This document shows, piece by piece, positions 11,261 to 21,870 of a stretch of DNA of 64,000 nucleotides; position 1 is the stretch's first letter; the number at the start of each line of letters is the position of its first letter. The DNA comes from Candidatus Magasanikiibacteriota bacterium (GTDB lineage Bacteria > Patescibacteriota > Patescibacteriia > Magasanikbacterales > GWA2-37-8). The stretch is from the NCBI GenBank assembly GCA_963802255.1, contig CAWDHY010000001.1, forward strand, positions 235,842 through 299,841, read 5' to 3'. A model generated the notes under the pieces. It saw nothing but the letters and a program-made list of their open reading frames with translations. It had not been told where the DNA came from and did not search any database. The translations under genes and the position numbers were made by a program.

Positions 11261-14200
11261 ATGATAACAAAAACAAAAAAATTCGGTTTAGCGGCAATAC
11301 TCGCCAGTTTTGTTTTTGCTTTTGTTTTTGGTCTGGCTCTTTTTAGCCCGAAGCCGGCGCAGGCGCAATTAGTAACTTCAAATCCTGATGTTATGGGTTG
11401 GTTAACCGGACAAACAGTAAAAGATACTCAAAAATCCTTTTTAGAAAAAGTAAAAACAGAAGGCCTGCTCATGGTCGCGTCAATGCTGATGAACGGCTTA
11501 AATTATTTTCTGAATAAGATTGCCTATGATATGGCCGTATATTTGGCGGCCGGTGATTTTGGCCAGGGGCCGTTTGCCAGCAGTGAGAACTTTGGCAACT
11601 ATTTGGCGCAAACAGCCGGCGACGCGCTCGGTGAAGCGCTTTATACTCTAAGCGAGGATCTTGGTTTGGATTTGTGTAATTTGCCCGACCTACGTCTTGA
11701 TTTGATGTTAAAATTAGGCTTTCATTTTAACTATGGCCCACCAACACCGCGTTGTACCTGGCAACAATTAAAAAGCGCTTATAATGTTGAAAATATCAGA
11801 AGCAAATATGCCTCACAAGAGGGTTTGGCGAGCCGGCTGGGCATGGGCGTCCAGGTTGAAGACAGTGATTTTGGTGTATGGTTTTCCGGCAAAGAGAAAA
11901 TTGATACTTATGCCGCTGAACAAACGACCGGCGCTCAGCTTGACCGTGAGGAGGGTAGTGGTATATTTGCCGCTTCTGAAATTATTTCACACAAACAGAC
12001 AATCCCGGCCACTGTAATGCGGGAAGAATTTAATGCTCAATCCGCCTCTGCACAAAAAGAAGGCCGTCAGGCGACTGCCATGACCGGGATGGCTTCGGCT
12101 TTGGAAAAGGGAGGTACCTCTTTGGCGCTGAATACAGTTAGTACTTTCGTTAATACTCTTCTTGGCACTGTTTTAAATAATTTTATTACAAAAGGACTTT
12201 TGCCTGGCGGTAAAAAAGTTTGTAATCCGGGTTTAAGCATTTCCGGTGTGGGCTGGGACCAGTGCGAAGATGACGATTCGGCTGAAAGCATGGCCGCCAG
12301 CTATTACTCATCCGGAAGCGCGGGTACCAGCAATCGCCGGGCGGCGCAAGAAATGTTTAGCGAATATTTAAAACCGAAAATTCAGACCATGGAGAATTAT
12401 GATATTTCGCCAAATATGGCTGAATGTTCAGAAGATAATTTATTGCCTGAATCTTGTATCGTTGATCAGTCGTTTTTACAAATTTTGCAACAGGCTAATA
12501 CGGGCGAACCATTCACTATTAAGCAAGCGATGGAACGCGGACTTTTGCATGCTGACTGGAAATTGATTCCGGATGAAGACGCGGCCAACAACCAGAAGTT
12601 CGACTGTTCCCAGTCGGCCTATTGCCATAGGAATATCAGATATCTGCGGTTGGCGCGCGTTTTGCCGTTGGGTTTTGAAATCGCCGCAAATATTTCCTCA
12701 AAAGACAACCCTCCCACTCTAAAGGAAGTAGTTGAAGGTTATTATGACCCCACTTCAAATTATTACCGCCTAGTTAATCCGCATTGGGTGATTAAACTAC
12801 CGAAAATGCGTTGTAAATCCTATGTTTATAGCGCTATCGTATCGAATGGCGCCCGTTTGCAAACCTGCGCTGATATTCAGCATTGCGTTGGTTTTAATAA
12901 AGATGGTTCGTGCCAGGCATGGGGATATTGTTTAAGAGAAAAACCGATTTGGAAATTTAAAGCTGATTATTGCGATTCACAATACAATACTTGCCGGGCA
13001 TTTACCGGTTCAGATGGTGATACTGTCGGATATTTAACCCGTACACTTGATACGGAGAATTGCAATTCGGAGAATGACGGCTGTTCGCACTATGCCAATA
13101 CAAAACATTATTTTTCCGCCACTTCCACCGATTGGTATTTGCCGAGGATAAGCACCTCTTCGGGCAGTTTTTTCAACACCAGCATATCATTTAATAAAAA
13201 AGCGACTTTATGTGGCGCTTCCAATGATGGTTGTAGCGCATATCAGGTGGCGGCAAAGCCGGAAACAGTGGTGTATTTAAAAAAAGCGCCGGATTATCTG
13301 TTTTGTTATGATGCCGATTCCACGCTTGAGTCAAATAATTACGAGCAGACATTCGCCCGGCTGGCAAACGGTATCAGCTGGCCGCAGACAGTTGCCGACT
13401 TGAGTTTGTTACGCCCGGCTGACGCGGAAAAGTGCAAAGAATATGCGCAAGTTTGTTTGCCTGAAGAAGAAAATTGTAATTTATACACTTCCGCTTTGAC
13501 CAGGGAAATTATTCCGGGCAAATTTCAGCCGGCGGTCATTTCCGGCGGTTTGGTCACATGGAATGACCAGTGCGACGCAAAATGCGTTGGCTATGCCGCG
13601 TATCAGGAAGTGCCGAGCAACTACTCAAACGGCAACCCGCTCGCATATATTATTCCCTCGTCCGGAAATTCCTGCGGTTCGTCTGATGCCGGTTGTAGTG
13701 CATTCACAAATTTGTCCACTGATACGGGCGGTCTTGAACAGACAGAATATTTTTCATATTTGCGTTTGTGCATCTTGCCTGACGCAAATAAACAGAAAAA
13801 CTTTTATGTATATGAGAGCTCTGAAAAAAGCGGTTATCAATTAAAAACGTATACTTTTGAAAAAGACAATCTTGGCGGGCCAAAACAAATTTATCATGAC
13901 CCGGAAGAAATGGATCTGTATACCGGTGATTCTGGTTTGTGTGATGAAGAAAGCTATTTAGCCGGCACTGCCGATCCTGATTGCCATCAATTTAACGATG
14001 ATCAGGGCGATAGTTATTACGCCATGTTGTCAAAAACGGTAATTGTTTCTGACACATGCACACCATACAGATTGAACAGCCCCGAGCTTGTGACAGGTTT
14101 TTCGCCAACTGATCTTCGTTGTCCGTATGATTTTGAACCGACTGATACAGACAATAGAGCGGGAGATACGGTTGAATTGAAAGAAAATTCCTGCTATTAC

Positions 14201-17200
14201 ATGGGATTTACGGGCAATACTAATGGAGCAGGCGATGCCAGATCGTGCACTAAAGAGGCTGATTCATGCCGGGGATATAAAGGCAATGCCGGCAACAATG
14301 TCCGTTCGCTAGTTTCTGATAATTTTGAAAATACAATTGAAGATTGGGCGGGGGATAGTATTACGCATATCGCCACTTCATCAGAATCAACTCAATTAGG
14401 CGGTCATTCATTGAAAGTGTCGGCAACTACAAATGGCATTGCCGATTCTTCGGCCCACCGCAGTTTTGATTCAGTACAAAAAGGGAAAAGTTATTTTCTT
14501 ACTTTTTGGGCAAAAGGTAATTTACCAATAGACCGGATAACCATAAGGGGAGGCGCCGGTGAGCAGGAATTCGTAAACAGCATTTCTGTTTCTGATGTGT
14601 GGCGTTATTATTCTTATGGTCCGCTTGAATATAATGGCGAAAGTGGTGATGGAGTTTTGTCTTTTTACGTCGGTAATGGCGGAGGGACTGAAAAATCATT
14701 CTTCCTTGATAATGTATCGTTAAAAGAGGTTACTGATTATATTTATTTGGTAAAAAATTCTTTAAGTGTTGATCCGATTTGTGACAGCAATCCGGCTGAT
14801 AATTTGCCGGGCGAAGCACTGGGCTGTATGGCATATACTGATCCGGCAAAAAATACATATAATTTAACAAATTTCAGTTATTTGTGCCGTGAAGATGCAG
14901 TCGGTTGTACCGCCTTGCTTGACACAGGCAATACGCCGAATGATCCGCTGGCCAGAGCCTATAATGTATGGGTAAAAGGTTCATCAGGATCGTTGGCTAG
15001 TGTATCGGTTGAAGGTACTTCATATTCATGTCAAGTGCCGGTTGGCAAAGATGGTTGTTACACAAACATTCTAGATATTAACAGTCTCGGAAATCTTTAC
15101 GCATTACAAGGGAGCGAAATTACATTAACTAATTCAACAGTAATTGTTCCTCCGGATACGCCTTCTTCCTCGCCAATTTATCTTGTTGCCAGTAAAAATG
15201 TAACCTGCAAAGCGGAAAATATGGGCTGTCAGGTTCTTGGAAAAGGCAAGTATACGCCTAGCGGTAATACTTTTTCTGTTGCTACCGGCGAAGTCACCCA
15301 CTATGAGGTTTTTGAAGAAGTGGCGGTAAAAAATGATCCGGCGCTATATGATACAAGCTTGTGCAAGTCGGAAGAAAACGGGTGTAAATCATGGAAATCA
15401 GGCGATAGTGTTTATTATTTCAAAGATCCGATGCAAAATGGAAAAATGGTGTGCAAATATATTTCGCCGGCTGCTTCCACTTTCCATATGGAAGCGATGA
15501 CCATTGTCACACCGGATTTTCAGGTGGTAAGTTTCCCGGAAATGGATATAAATTATTCTCTTGGTGGCTGGGCGTGGAAAGATGTTGGTATTTGTAGCGG
15601 AGCCGCCAAATGGTGCATGAACGACAGTGAATGCGGCGAAGGAAATACGTGTTTGTACAAAAATAAGATTCCTTGTTCGCCAGGATTTTTCAGTGTGGCA
15701 GACGGCTGGGGTTTGTGGTCTTATGGTAATAAAGATAAATATAGAGGTTTTGTCGGTGAATGTCCGGTTGAACAATCCGGTTGTACTGAGTTTGTTGACC
15801 ATAGCTCTTCCGGAGATGAGAAAAGATGCGCCATGTCAGGCCAGAAATGTGAAAGCAATAGCGACTGTACGGAAGAATCGACGGATGATATCTGTGTGGT
15901 AAATACATCAAATGCATATTATCTGATTGATAATAATAATTTGAGCGAGCAGAAGTCCGTTTGTAACGGCCAAGTTAGCCAGGCCGAGGGTTGTGTTCTT
16001 CTGGACAATACAAACCAGCCGACAAAGATGTATGATACTGAAGCAACATATCAGGCGTCTATTGATGCGAAAGACGCGTTGATTAACCCGTTAAGTAGCG
16101 GTGACAGCAATGACGCGAATACTATTATAAAAGTAACTCATGACCGAATTTGTGGTGAGTGGGCGTATTGTGATTTGAAGCAGGAATTTGAAGATGAAGA
16201 AACGGGCGAGGCCACTTCGCGCTGTTATCATTTAGGTGTGTGCGAAAAAGCCGGCGCGGTTGATAATATTGCCGGAAAAGTAGTAAAAGAATGCGCAGTA
16301 ACAGTACTTGATTGGCCGACAAAAGATTTGGTACTGACAAAATGGCAATATCAGAACACTCAAGAAAATTGGGATTCTTTGAACTATTCAGGATACTCCA
16401 CATATAACACCTATCAAGTGCCGGATTTGTCGGCGAGGAAAGTAAGCAGTACATATCGTCTGGTTTATGTTGATTCGGAATTTAGCTTTAAAGGTAGCGG
16501 CACCCCTTCAAGCGAGCGCTGTCTTAATCCGACTGATCCAGCTTATGAGGATGGGCAAGAATGCAGTACGGAAGAATATGCAGAATGTTATAATGGTGAA
16601 TGTTTAGTTGCCTATAATAATAGCGGAGCGGAATATTCACGTTCTCTCCAATGCCGCGCTTATCCGGAGATGACAAGTCCGTTTCCGTATCATGTACTGA
16701 CAGATCCAAGCAATGATGTTTTGGAATTTAAAGATAGTTTTGACGGCGTTAATTTATGTAAAACTAATAATGGCAACTATACATCACTCTGTGAAACAGA
16801 GTGTGGATACAGAAAAATCAAGACTGACGGGGGAGAAGTTTTTGAACCGATCTCCCGGCCTATGGAAGGAAGCTACGTTTGCGCGACAGGACCGCAAACC
16901 GGCGAATTTTGCAGTGGACCGGAATCAACTGAATGTGGCGATGGCGAAATCTGTTCAAAAATAAAAAGTTTCCAGATATTAAACGGCTGGATGGGGTATT
17001 GTCTGGAACGCGACGCAACTTATCGTATTAATGGAACAAATACACAAAACTGTATGACCTGGTGGCCGATTGAATCTCCGCCTGGAGTACCTAATTTGTG
17101 GGATACTGATCCGAAGGCGGGTTATGAAATTGCCGACGGTCCGCAAGACAGATTTATGTGTATTGAAAATGAGCCGATATTTAATAGAGATAGTATCTTA

Positions 17201-17257
17201 TGCTTCAAGCGAAGCAAATGGCAAAGTAAATCTTGGCGGTTTACTTGTGGGTATTGA
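11261..17257 (+). CDS. Giant Cys-rich secreted/cell-surface protein (N-terminal part, 1998 aa)
   Basis: Signal peptide (FGLAAILASFVFAFVFGLALFSPKPAQA). Very high Cys content in CxxC/CxnC patterns throughout. No enzymatic motifs. The 3' end overlaps the next ORF, which is in the +1 frame. Confidence 0.6.
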   Translation: MITKTKKFGLAAILASFVFAFVFGLALFSPKPAQAQLVTSNPDVMGWLTGQTVKDTQKSFLEKVKTEGLLMVASMLMNGLNYFLNKIAYDMAVYLAAGDFGQGPFASSENFGNYLAQTAGDALGEALYTLSEDLGLDLCNLPDLRLDLMLKLGFHFNYGPPTPRCTWQQLKSAYNVENIRSKYASQEGLASRLGMGVQVEDSDFGVWFSGKEKIDTYAAEQTTGAQLDREEGSGIFAASEIISHKQTIPATVMREEFNAQSASAQKEGRQATAMTGMASALEKGGTSLALNTVSTFVNTLLGTVLNNFITKGLLPGGKKVCNPGLSISGVGWDQCEDDDSAESMAASYYSSGSAGTSNRRAAQEMFSEYLKPKIQTMENYDISPNMAECSEDNLLPESCIVDQSFLQILQQANTGEPFTIKQAMERGLLHADWKLIPDEDAANNQKFDCSQSAYCHRNIRYLRLARVLPLGFEIAANISSKDNPPTLKEVVEGYYDPTSNYYRLVNPHWVIKLPKMRCKSYVYSAIVSNGARLQTCADIQHCVGFNKDGSCQAWGYCLREKPIWKFKADYCDSQYNTCRAFTGSDGDTVGYLTRTLDTENCNSENDGCSHYANTKHYFSATSTDWYLPRISTSSGSFFNTSISFNKKATLCGASNDGCSAYQVAAKPETVVYLKKAPDYLFCYDADSTLESNNYEQTFARLANGISWPQTVADLSLLRPADAEKCKEYAQVCLPEEENCNLYTSALTREIIPGKFQPAVISGGLVTWNDQCDAKCVGYAAYQEVPSNYSNGNPLAYIIPSSGNSCGSSDAGCSAFTNLSTDTGGLEQTEYFSYLRLCILPDANKQKNFYVYESSEKSGYQLKTYTFEKDNLGGPKQIYHDPEEMDLYTGDSGLCDEESYLAGTADPDCHQFNDDQGDSYYAMLSKTVIVSDTCTPYRLNSPELVTGFSPTDLRCPYDFEPTDTDNRAGDTVELKENSCYYMGFTGNTNGAGDARSCTKEADSCRGYKGNAGNNVRSLVSDNFENTIEDWAGDSITHIATSSESTQLGGHSLKVSATTNGIADSSAHRSFDSVQKGKSYFLTFWAKGNLPIDRITIRGGAGEQEFVNSISVSDVWRYYSYGPLEYNGESGDGVLSFYVGNGGGTEKSFFLDNVSLKEVTDYIYLVKNSLSVDPICDSNPADNLPGEALGCMAYTDPAKNTYNLTNFSYLCREDAVGCTALLDTGNTPNDPLARAYNVWVKGSSGSLASVSVEGTSYSCQVPVGKDGCYTNILDINSLGNLYALQGSEITLTNSTVIVPPDTPSSSPIYLVASKNVTCKAENMGCQVLGKGKYTPSGNTFSVATGEVTHYEVFEEVAVKNDPALYDTSLCKSEENGCKSWKSGDSVYYFKDPMQNGKMVCKYISPAASTFHMEAMTIVTPDFQVVSFPEMDINYSLGGWAWKDVGICSGAAKWCMNDSECGEGNTCLYKNKIPCSPGFFSVADGWGLWSYGNKDKYRGFVGECPVEQSGCTEFVDHSSSGDEKRCAMSGQKCESNSDCTEESTDDICVVNTSNAYYLIDNNNLSEQKSVCNGQVSQAEGCVLLDNTNQPTKMYDTEATYQASIDAKDALINPLSSGDSNDANTIIKVTHDRICGEWAYCDLKQEFEDEETGEATSRCYHLGVCEKAGAVDNIAGKVVKECAVTVLDWPTKDLVLTKWQYQNTQENWDSLNYSGYSTYNTYQVPDLSARKVSSTYRLVYVDSEFSFKGSGTPSSERCLNPTDPAYEDGQECSTEEYAECYNGECLVAYNNSGAEYSRSLQCRAYPEMTSPFPYHVLTDPSNDVLEFKDSFDGVNLCKTNNGNYTSLCETECGYRKIKTDGGEVFEPISRPMEGSYVCATGPQTGEFCSGPESTECGDGEICSKIKSFQILNGWMGYCLERDATYRINGTNTQNCMTWWPIESPPGVPNLWDTDPKAGYEIADGPQDRFMCIENEPIFNRDSILCFKRSKWQSKSWRFTCGY

Positions 17258-19637
17258 CACGGCGATACATGACTCCTCACAAACTTGCTTGAATGATTAC
17301 TCTGTTCAAACAATGCCAAAAAATAATTCTTATAAGATAATAAATCAGTCTGACTTGGGCATGGGTGATAATTCAAAATTCGCTTTTACAAATTTACCAT
17401 CTAATGTTGCGGTTTCCGGTTGTTATACAGCTGATAACGAAGGAGAATATGTATGGGGGATGGCCGCGAAATATTCAGCAGCCATGTATTGTCCGATAAA
17501 TCGTGATACTCTTATTTTGGATGGTGATAAAGGTGCGGGGCCATCGTCATGGGTAGGCGAAACAATGGCTTTATGCACATCAATTCAGGGAACGGGAACT
17601 GATGGAATGCGTTACGATGATGAACAGGAACGCTGGGAATGCGATGGCTGGAATCCTTGGCAGGATAATTACTTCACCGGTGGGCCTTACCATTGGAACA
17701 ATGCGAAATGGGCGGAAGGTTATGGATCGAAATTTTTTAACCGTAATGAGATTGAAAGAATAGATGTTTTTATTGATGAAATGAATAGCAAGGTGCGCAG
17801 TAATGGGTGGGTTAGTTTTATCCGCGATGCAGTAAATGCTGATGAAGGTGACGGAGATCGTTCATTTGTTGCGGAGCAATCGTGGGTTTATCCTGATGGC
17901 GATTCCAGTATCCATACTATTTCATTAGATGATCAAGGTAAATATGGCTGGACAGCATGGCAATATTATGGCGGCTCTGGGGCGGCTGGTTGGACTATTT
18001 CCGATGGCACAAATGACAAGGGCAGAATAATATCGCAAGGGCTGGATACCGACACCTACCATTTTGAAGATGTGGAATCAACAGCGGCAAATACCAAAAA
18101 TATTGGCATTCGTGTTGTTTGGGATGAAAGTAATAATTTACGGGGAATTTGGCTTAATTTGGAAGGAACCGATGGCGATGCTGATTATATAGGAGATGGT
18201 GACTGCGAACCTGGTTTGGACATGGGCACTGCCTTTATCATTCATTTCACTCACGGTAAGTGCAAGAAGTTTGCGCAAATATCTAATTCCGCCTCTTCAA
18301 CCGGTATTGATTTTAAACCCTATCCTAATTATTTGAATAACAATGAGGTTTCGTTATATGAATCTGACGCCTCCCGTTATCCGGGCAAAACCACGTGGGA
18401 TAATGAATTATATTACGCAAGACGAACTGATGATTTGAACGGAGGTAAATATGGCTTGGCTTTTAGTACGGAAGACGGATATGTTGATATTAGAAATAAA
18501 ACGGCGGCTTTTATTAATCCATTCACATATTACAAAAAAATTGTGCACGATAGGGAGTTTTTTCACACCCAATCAGGTGATATAAATGCAAATTATGAGT
18601 TTACCGGATATAATGCTGGTGTAGCTTTAGTTTCGGCTGATTCGCGAACAGCTAAAAGCAATAACCCCGATTTTTACGACTATACTTTTTCAGATATACC
18701 CAATTCAACTCCGTACGGTAAAATGTTAACGAAAATGTTTGCCAGAGCCGGTAGTTTTTGGGAGCTGGTTTATGATGGCGGATATAATAATGGATATTCA
18801 TCATATTATGGCAGTGTTGACGCCTCAAAACCGAGAACTTCGACGGGCCCGGTTGACCAAATGAATCGTTTTCCACCCCGTGTGGCGGCACCGTCGGGTG
18901 ATACATGGGAATTGGATAAAATATCTGTAAATGGACAAACTGAGGGGAATATTTATCTCTACTCCGGCTCGCAAACACACATAAAGTTTTATGCCTGGGC
19001 TCATGGTAATCAGATGCCGATTCGTCAAATAGTGGTAGATAAAGGCGATGCTCCGGATACGCGTATTGATTCCGGTATGGTAAGTTCCATTGGAAATCGC
19101 AAACCGGTTTGTGCTGATAAAGCGTGCGGGACAACTGCTGAACTTACTCAATATCCATGTTCCGACAGCAGTGATTGCGATGCAGGGGAAGTTGATTTAG
19201 GTACTTGTTCAATTTTAACCCATGAATATCAAAAATTTGGCAATACTGATGATACCGGGTGTAAAGCCAAGCCGTGGGATTTTGTCACTGATTATAATTG
19301 CCCTTATGGAACAATGGACATTGTGGACAATGGCGAACAAATTAGTGGCTCAAATATTGATTGGAATAAAATACGAACGGAATTTTACAATGCCCCGTAT
19401 GTCTGTCTTGCCCGTCCGCAAATATTTGTAATGGATAATTGGGGTTGGTGTGCAAGCCGTGATCCTGATGACGGCGGATGTAATTATGAAAGTAATGCTA
19501 GTGTAAAAGGATACGGCTGTTACTATGAGGCTGGAAGTAGTGGAATTATAATCAGTGTGATTATAACGATAAAAGCGAACCATGGGTTAATTATGACGGC
19601 TATGTGGTTGTGGTTCCGTTGCCCGGAAGTTAAATAA
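17070..19637 (+). CDS. Probable continuation of the giant surface protein after a +1 frameshift (855 aa), or a separate gene
   Basis: Overlaps the previous ORF by 187 nt in the +1 frame. No signal peptide or TM at its N-terminus. Same W/G/D/Y/N/C-rich composition. A terminator follows at 19676. Confidence 0.5.
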   Translation: MNLRLEYLICGILIRRRVMKLPTVRKTDLCVLKMSRYLIEIVSYASSEANGKVNLGGLLVGIDTAIHDSSQTCLNDYSVQTMPKNNSYKIINQSDLGMGDNSKFAFTNLPSNVAVSGCYTADNEGEYVWGMAAKYSAAMYCPINRDTLILDGDKGAGPSSWVGETMALCTSIQGTGTDGMRYDDEQERWECDGWNPWQDNYFTGGPYHWNNAKWAEGYGSKFFNRNEIERIDVFIDEMNSKVRSNGWVSFIRDAVNADEGDGDRSFVAEQSWVYPDGDSSIHTISLDDQGKYGWTAWQYYGGSGAAGWTISDGTNDKGRIISQGLDTDTYHFEDVESTAANTKNIGIRVVWDESNNLRGIWLNLEGTDGDADYIGDGDCEPGLDMGTAFIIHFTHGKCKKFAQISNSASSTGIDFKPYPNYLNNNEVSLYESDASRYPGKTTWDNELYYARRTDDLNGGKYGLAFSTEDGYVDIRNKTAAFINPFTYYKKIVHDREFFHTQSGDINANYEFTGYNAGVALVSADSRTAKSNNPDFYDYTFSDIPNSTPYGKMLTKMFARAGSFWELVYDGGYNNGYSSYYGSVDASKPRTSTGPVDQMNRFPPRVAAPSGDTWELDKISVNGQTEGNIYLYSGSQTHIKFYAWAHGNQMPIRQIVVDKGDAPDTRIDSGMVSSIGNRKPVCADKACGTTAELTQYPCSDSSDCDAGEVDLGTCSILTHEYQKFGNTDDTGCKAKPWDFVTDYNCPYGTMDIVDNGEQISGSNIDWNKIRTEFYNAPYVCLARPQIFVMDNWGWCASRDPDDGGCNYESNASVKGYGCYYEAGSSGIIISVIITIKANHGLIMTAMWLWFRCPEVK

Positions 19638-19675
19638 ATGAAGGATGAGTGACAGAGATAGAATGTAAAAAAATA

Positions 19676-19707
19676 AAAATCCCGACGTAAAGTCGGGATT
19701 TTTAATC
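19676..19707. terminator. Rho-independent terminator hairpin (aaaatcccgacgtaaagtcgggatttttaatc)
   Basis: 8-bp GC stem plus T-run, with an A-run on the other side making it bidirectional. Sits between the convergent giant gene and the lipoprotein gene. Confidence 0.65.
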
Positions 19708-19763
19708 AAACCAGAAATTATTTTTTAATCATTTCTTGTTTGAAAAGGCCCGGATGATGTGAA

Positions 19764-20375
19764 TCAAATGGGCCGAGGCAGGATGTTTTTGCGGTGAGGT
19801 TTGTGGACTAGGAACTGATTAGCGTTCGTAATCGTTTTCATCGTTTGCAGATTAGCACCCCAGAAATTCACGTGAAGCACGGCGGTTGAAACGGTATCGT
19901 TCCGATAGATCTTTACATGCTGATCATCTTCAGCGTTGTATGTCTCAAGCGGGAGCTCGGTGCCGAACAAAGCGTAATAAAAAGTTGCGGCGCCGGTCGA
20001 TTCCACCTTGCATTCGTCGCCGGAGACGGTTAGGATGATGGTGAGGAGGTGATCGGGAATATGCGAGTAGTTCACGATGTACCAATCGCCCTCGATGTCG
20101 TAGCATCCGTTGTCGGGGTCTTCGGTCTTCAGGCAATCGCAGGCCGTGGGGTCGTCGGTCTCGGTGTCGGTATCCGTATCGGTGTCCGAATCCGTGTCAG
20201 AATCGGTATCCGTATCGGTGTCCGAATCCGTGTCGGAATCGGTGTCGCCGTCGGCATCCCCATCCACGCAGTCGCCGTTCTCGTCCTCCACACAGTCGTC
20301 GCCCTCGTCGCAAGCGGTGACGAACGCGGCCATCATGACGATGGCCATGAGCGCGAAAATGTTTCTCATCGTCAT
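19764..20375 (-). CDS. Putative lipoprotein with an acidic (D-T/D-S)n dipeptide repeat region; GC-rich compositional outlier
   Basis: Signal peptide with a lipobox-like AFVTAC. Residues ~36-75 are GDADGDTDSDTDSDTDTDTD... The DNA in the first half of the gene is visibly GC-rich compared with its neighbours. Confidence 0.5.
   Translation of the reverse strand: MTMRNIFALMAIVMMAAFVTACDEGDDCVEDENGDCVDGDADGDTDSDTDSDTDTDTDSDTDSDTDTDTDTETDDPTACDCLKTEDPDNGCYDIEGDWYIVNYSHIPDHLLTIILTVSGDECKVESTGAATFYYALFGTELPLETYNAEDDQHVKIYRNDTVSTAVLHVNFWGANLQTMKTITNANQFLVHKPHRKNILPRPI
20151..20270. repeat. Imperfect 6/12-nt tandem coding repeats (gtcggtatccgtatcggtgtccgaatccgtgtc...) encoding the (DT/DS)n tract
   Basis: Directly visible periodicity. 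The antisense frame gives a spurious SVSVSESVS ORF. Confidence 0.6.
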
Positions 20376-20767
20376 GGCTGACTCTCCTTTTTCTTCCCCC
20401 GCTCGTCGGGGGATTTGCTGTGATGATTTTCGCCCCTTGCGGGGTCCTTCGGTTATAGCCCAGGAATTTGGATGTATTTACTTTTTCTTCCCCTTCTGAC
20501 ATTGGTCAGAAATATATGTTCTATGGGAATCAATTTAAGATTTTCTTTCGCTACAAGCGTGTCAAAATTACTCTGTCATTTTTCAATATATCCAAATTTC
20601 TGGGCTATTGCCCGGTAGAGACCGTAAGGCATTCTACTGGGCCATGTATTTATTTATCCTGCCTATTTTGGCTAGAAATAGCGTTTCCGCTAAATATAGC
20701 ACTTTTGTAAAGATCTATTGTTATTTTAGGCCATTTTCAGGCACTTAACAACATATATTAGCACAAA

Positions 20768-20797
20768 TTGACGGGTTTGTCAAGGGGGGTGTATAAT
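20768..20797 (+). promoter_or_regulatory. Sigma70-like promoter (TTGACG-18-TATAAT, TG immediately upstream of the -10)
   Basis: ttgacgggtttgtcaaggggggtgtataat lies 37 nt upstream of the 20834 ATG. Confidence 0.4.
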
Positions 20798-20833
20798 ACC
20801 CACACTTAAAAAAAATCATCAATTTTATACATT

Positions 20834-21133
20834 ATGTCCGGTCAAGAAACCACAATTAATGAGCTGATGGAGTTTTTGCAGGAGGAGATGTTTTCCAAAG
20901 CCGATGGTAAAATGTTAGAAAAAAGGCTTGATGGAAAAATCAGCCAAGTTCATCTTGAACTTTCCGGACAACTCCGAATGATTGAAATTGATATTAAAGA
21001 TATTAAAGAGCGCCTAACGCGTTTAGAAAAAAGAACCATTGAAGATGCGGACGCAACCGCGAAGGATGTTTTGGAATTACGCCGCCGGATTGAGGCGCTG
21101 GAAAATAAAGTTCGTGAATTACAGCCGGCATAA
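20834..21133 (+). CDS. Hypothetical coiled-coil protein (99 aa)
   Basis: Heptad-like charged sequence (LTRLEKRTIEDADATAKDVLELRRRIEALENKVRELQ). No recognisable domain. Confidence 0.45.
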   Translation: MSGQETTINELMEFLQEEMFSKADGKMLEKRLDGKISQVHLELSGQLRMIEIDIKDIKERLTRLEKRTIEDADATAKDVLELRRRIEALENKVRELQPA

Positions 21134-21221
21134 TGGGCGCATCCGCATATTTGAATAGAAAAAAGCGGCTGGAAGTGTTTCCAGCCGCTTTTAATGAACG
21201 GAGAGATGTTGGCCGGCAGCC

Positions 21222-21698
21222 CTATTTGATTGAGGCTCGTATCCGTGCCGCGATCTGTTCTAATGTGCGGTCATCGGCTCTAGGGCCGTCGGCTGAAGTA
21301 AGGAACCCGTCGTATATTTCATTGAATCGAGGTTGGTCCGACAGAATGGGGCGCCAGCGCTTCATTTTTGTCCCATGCATCGGATAGAGCTTCGCGTGTG
21401 CGTGGTCAATTCCGAACCCCTCCACAATCATACCTGTTCTGCCAACATCACGGAAGTACTTGTTAAGGTGGGCGGTCACGATGCGGGATGCCTCCATCAG
21501 CCCCGCGTAAATTGGCCCGGGCAGGCTGAAGACATCGCTCGGGTAGTGTTTTTTCGTGATGACGATGGTTGCACCGGGAGTATTGGGGTAAATGGACAAA
21601 AAAGCCAGGTGGTTATCATCTTCCCATATCTTGTGGCATGGTTCAGCGCCGACTATAATGGCACAGAATATGCAATTCTGTTGATGAATTTTTTTCAT
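21222..21698 (-). CDS. HIT (histidine triad) superfamily nucleotide hydrolase, Hint-like, with a variant triad HAHAK
   Basis: N-terminal CIFCAII...EDDNHLAFLSIYPNTPGATIVITKKHYP matches the Hint consensus (IFxKII...ED...AFxDIxP...LVIPKKH). The triad region is GIDHAHAKLYP. The gene looks GC-richer than its neighbours by eye. Confidence 0.6.
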   Translation of the reverse strand: MKKIHQQNCIFCAIIVGAEPCHKIWEDDNHLAFLSIYPNTPGATIVITKKHYPSDVFSLPGPIYAGLMEASRIVTAHLNKYFRDVGRTGMIVEGFGIDHAHAKLYPMHGTKMKRWRPILSDQPRFNEIYDGFLTSADGPRADDRTLEQIAARIRASIK

Positions 21699-21870
21699 CG
21701 TATTCTCCTTTCCTGATTAAAAGAGCCACTCTCCGTTTTATCAATAAATTTATAAATTGTCAAGACTGGAGATAGTGTGCTTGACAAGCAATGCTGAACG
21801 CCCTAAACTATCATGTTAATAGGTACTATAAGTAATATGGCATTTTTTATCATATTAAAGCTCATATAGA

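Noticed and set aside
20110-20499. ORF encoding SVSVSVSESVS... and Arg-rich ORFs 19945-20136 and 20197-20502
   Set aside because: These are antisense or out-of-frame readings of the GC-rich (DT/DS)n repeat of the lipoprotein gene. The low-complexity translations are an artefact of the repeat.
21133-21716. ORFs 21133-21387 and 21333-21716 on the + strand
   Set aside because: They overlap the HIT-family gene on the opposite strand, which has a clear conserved N-terminal Hint motif. They have no features of their own.
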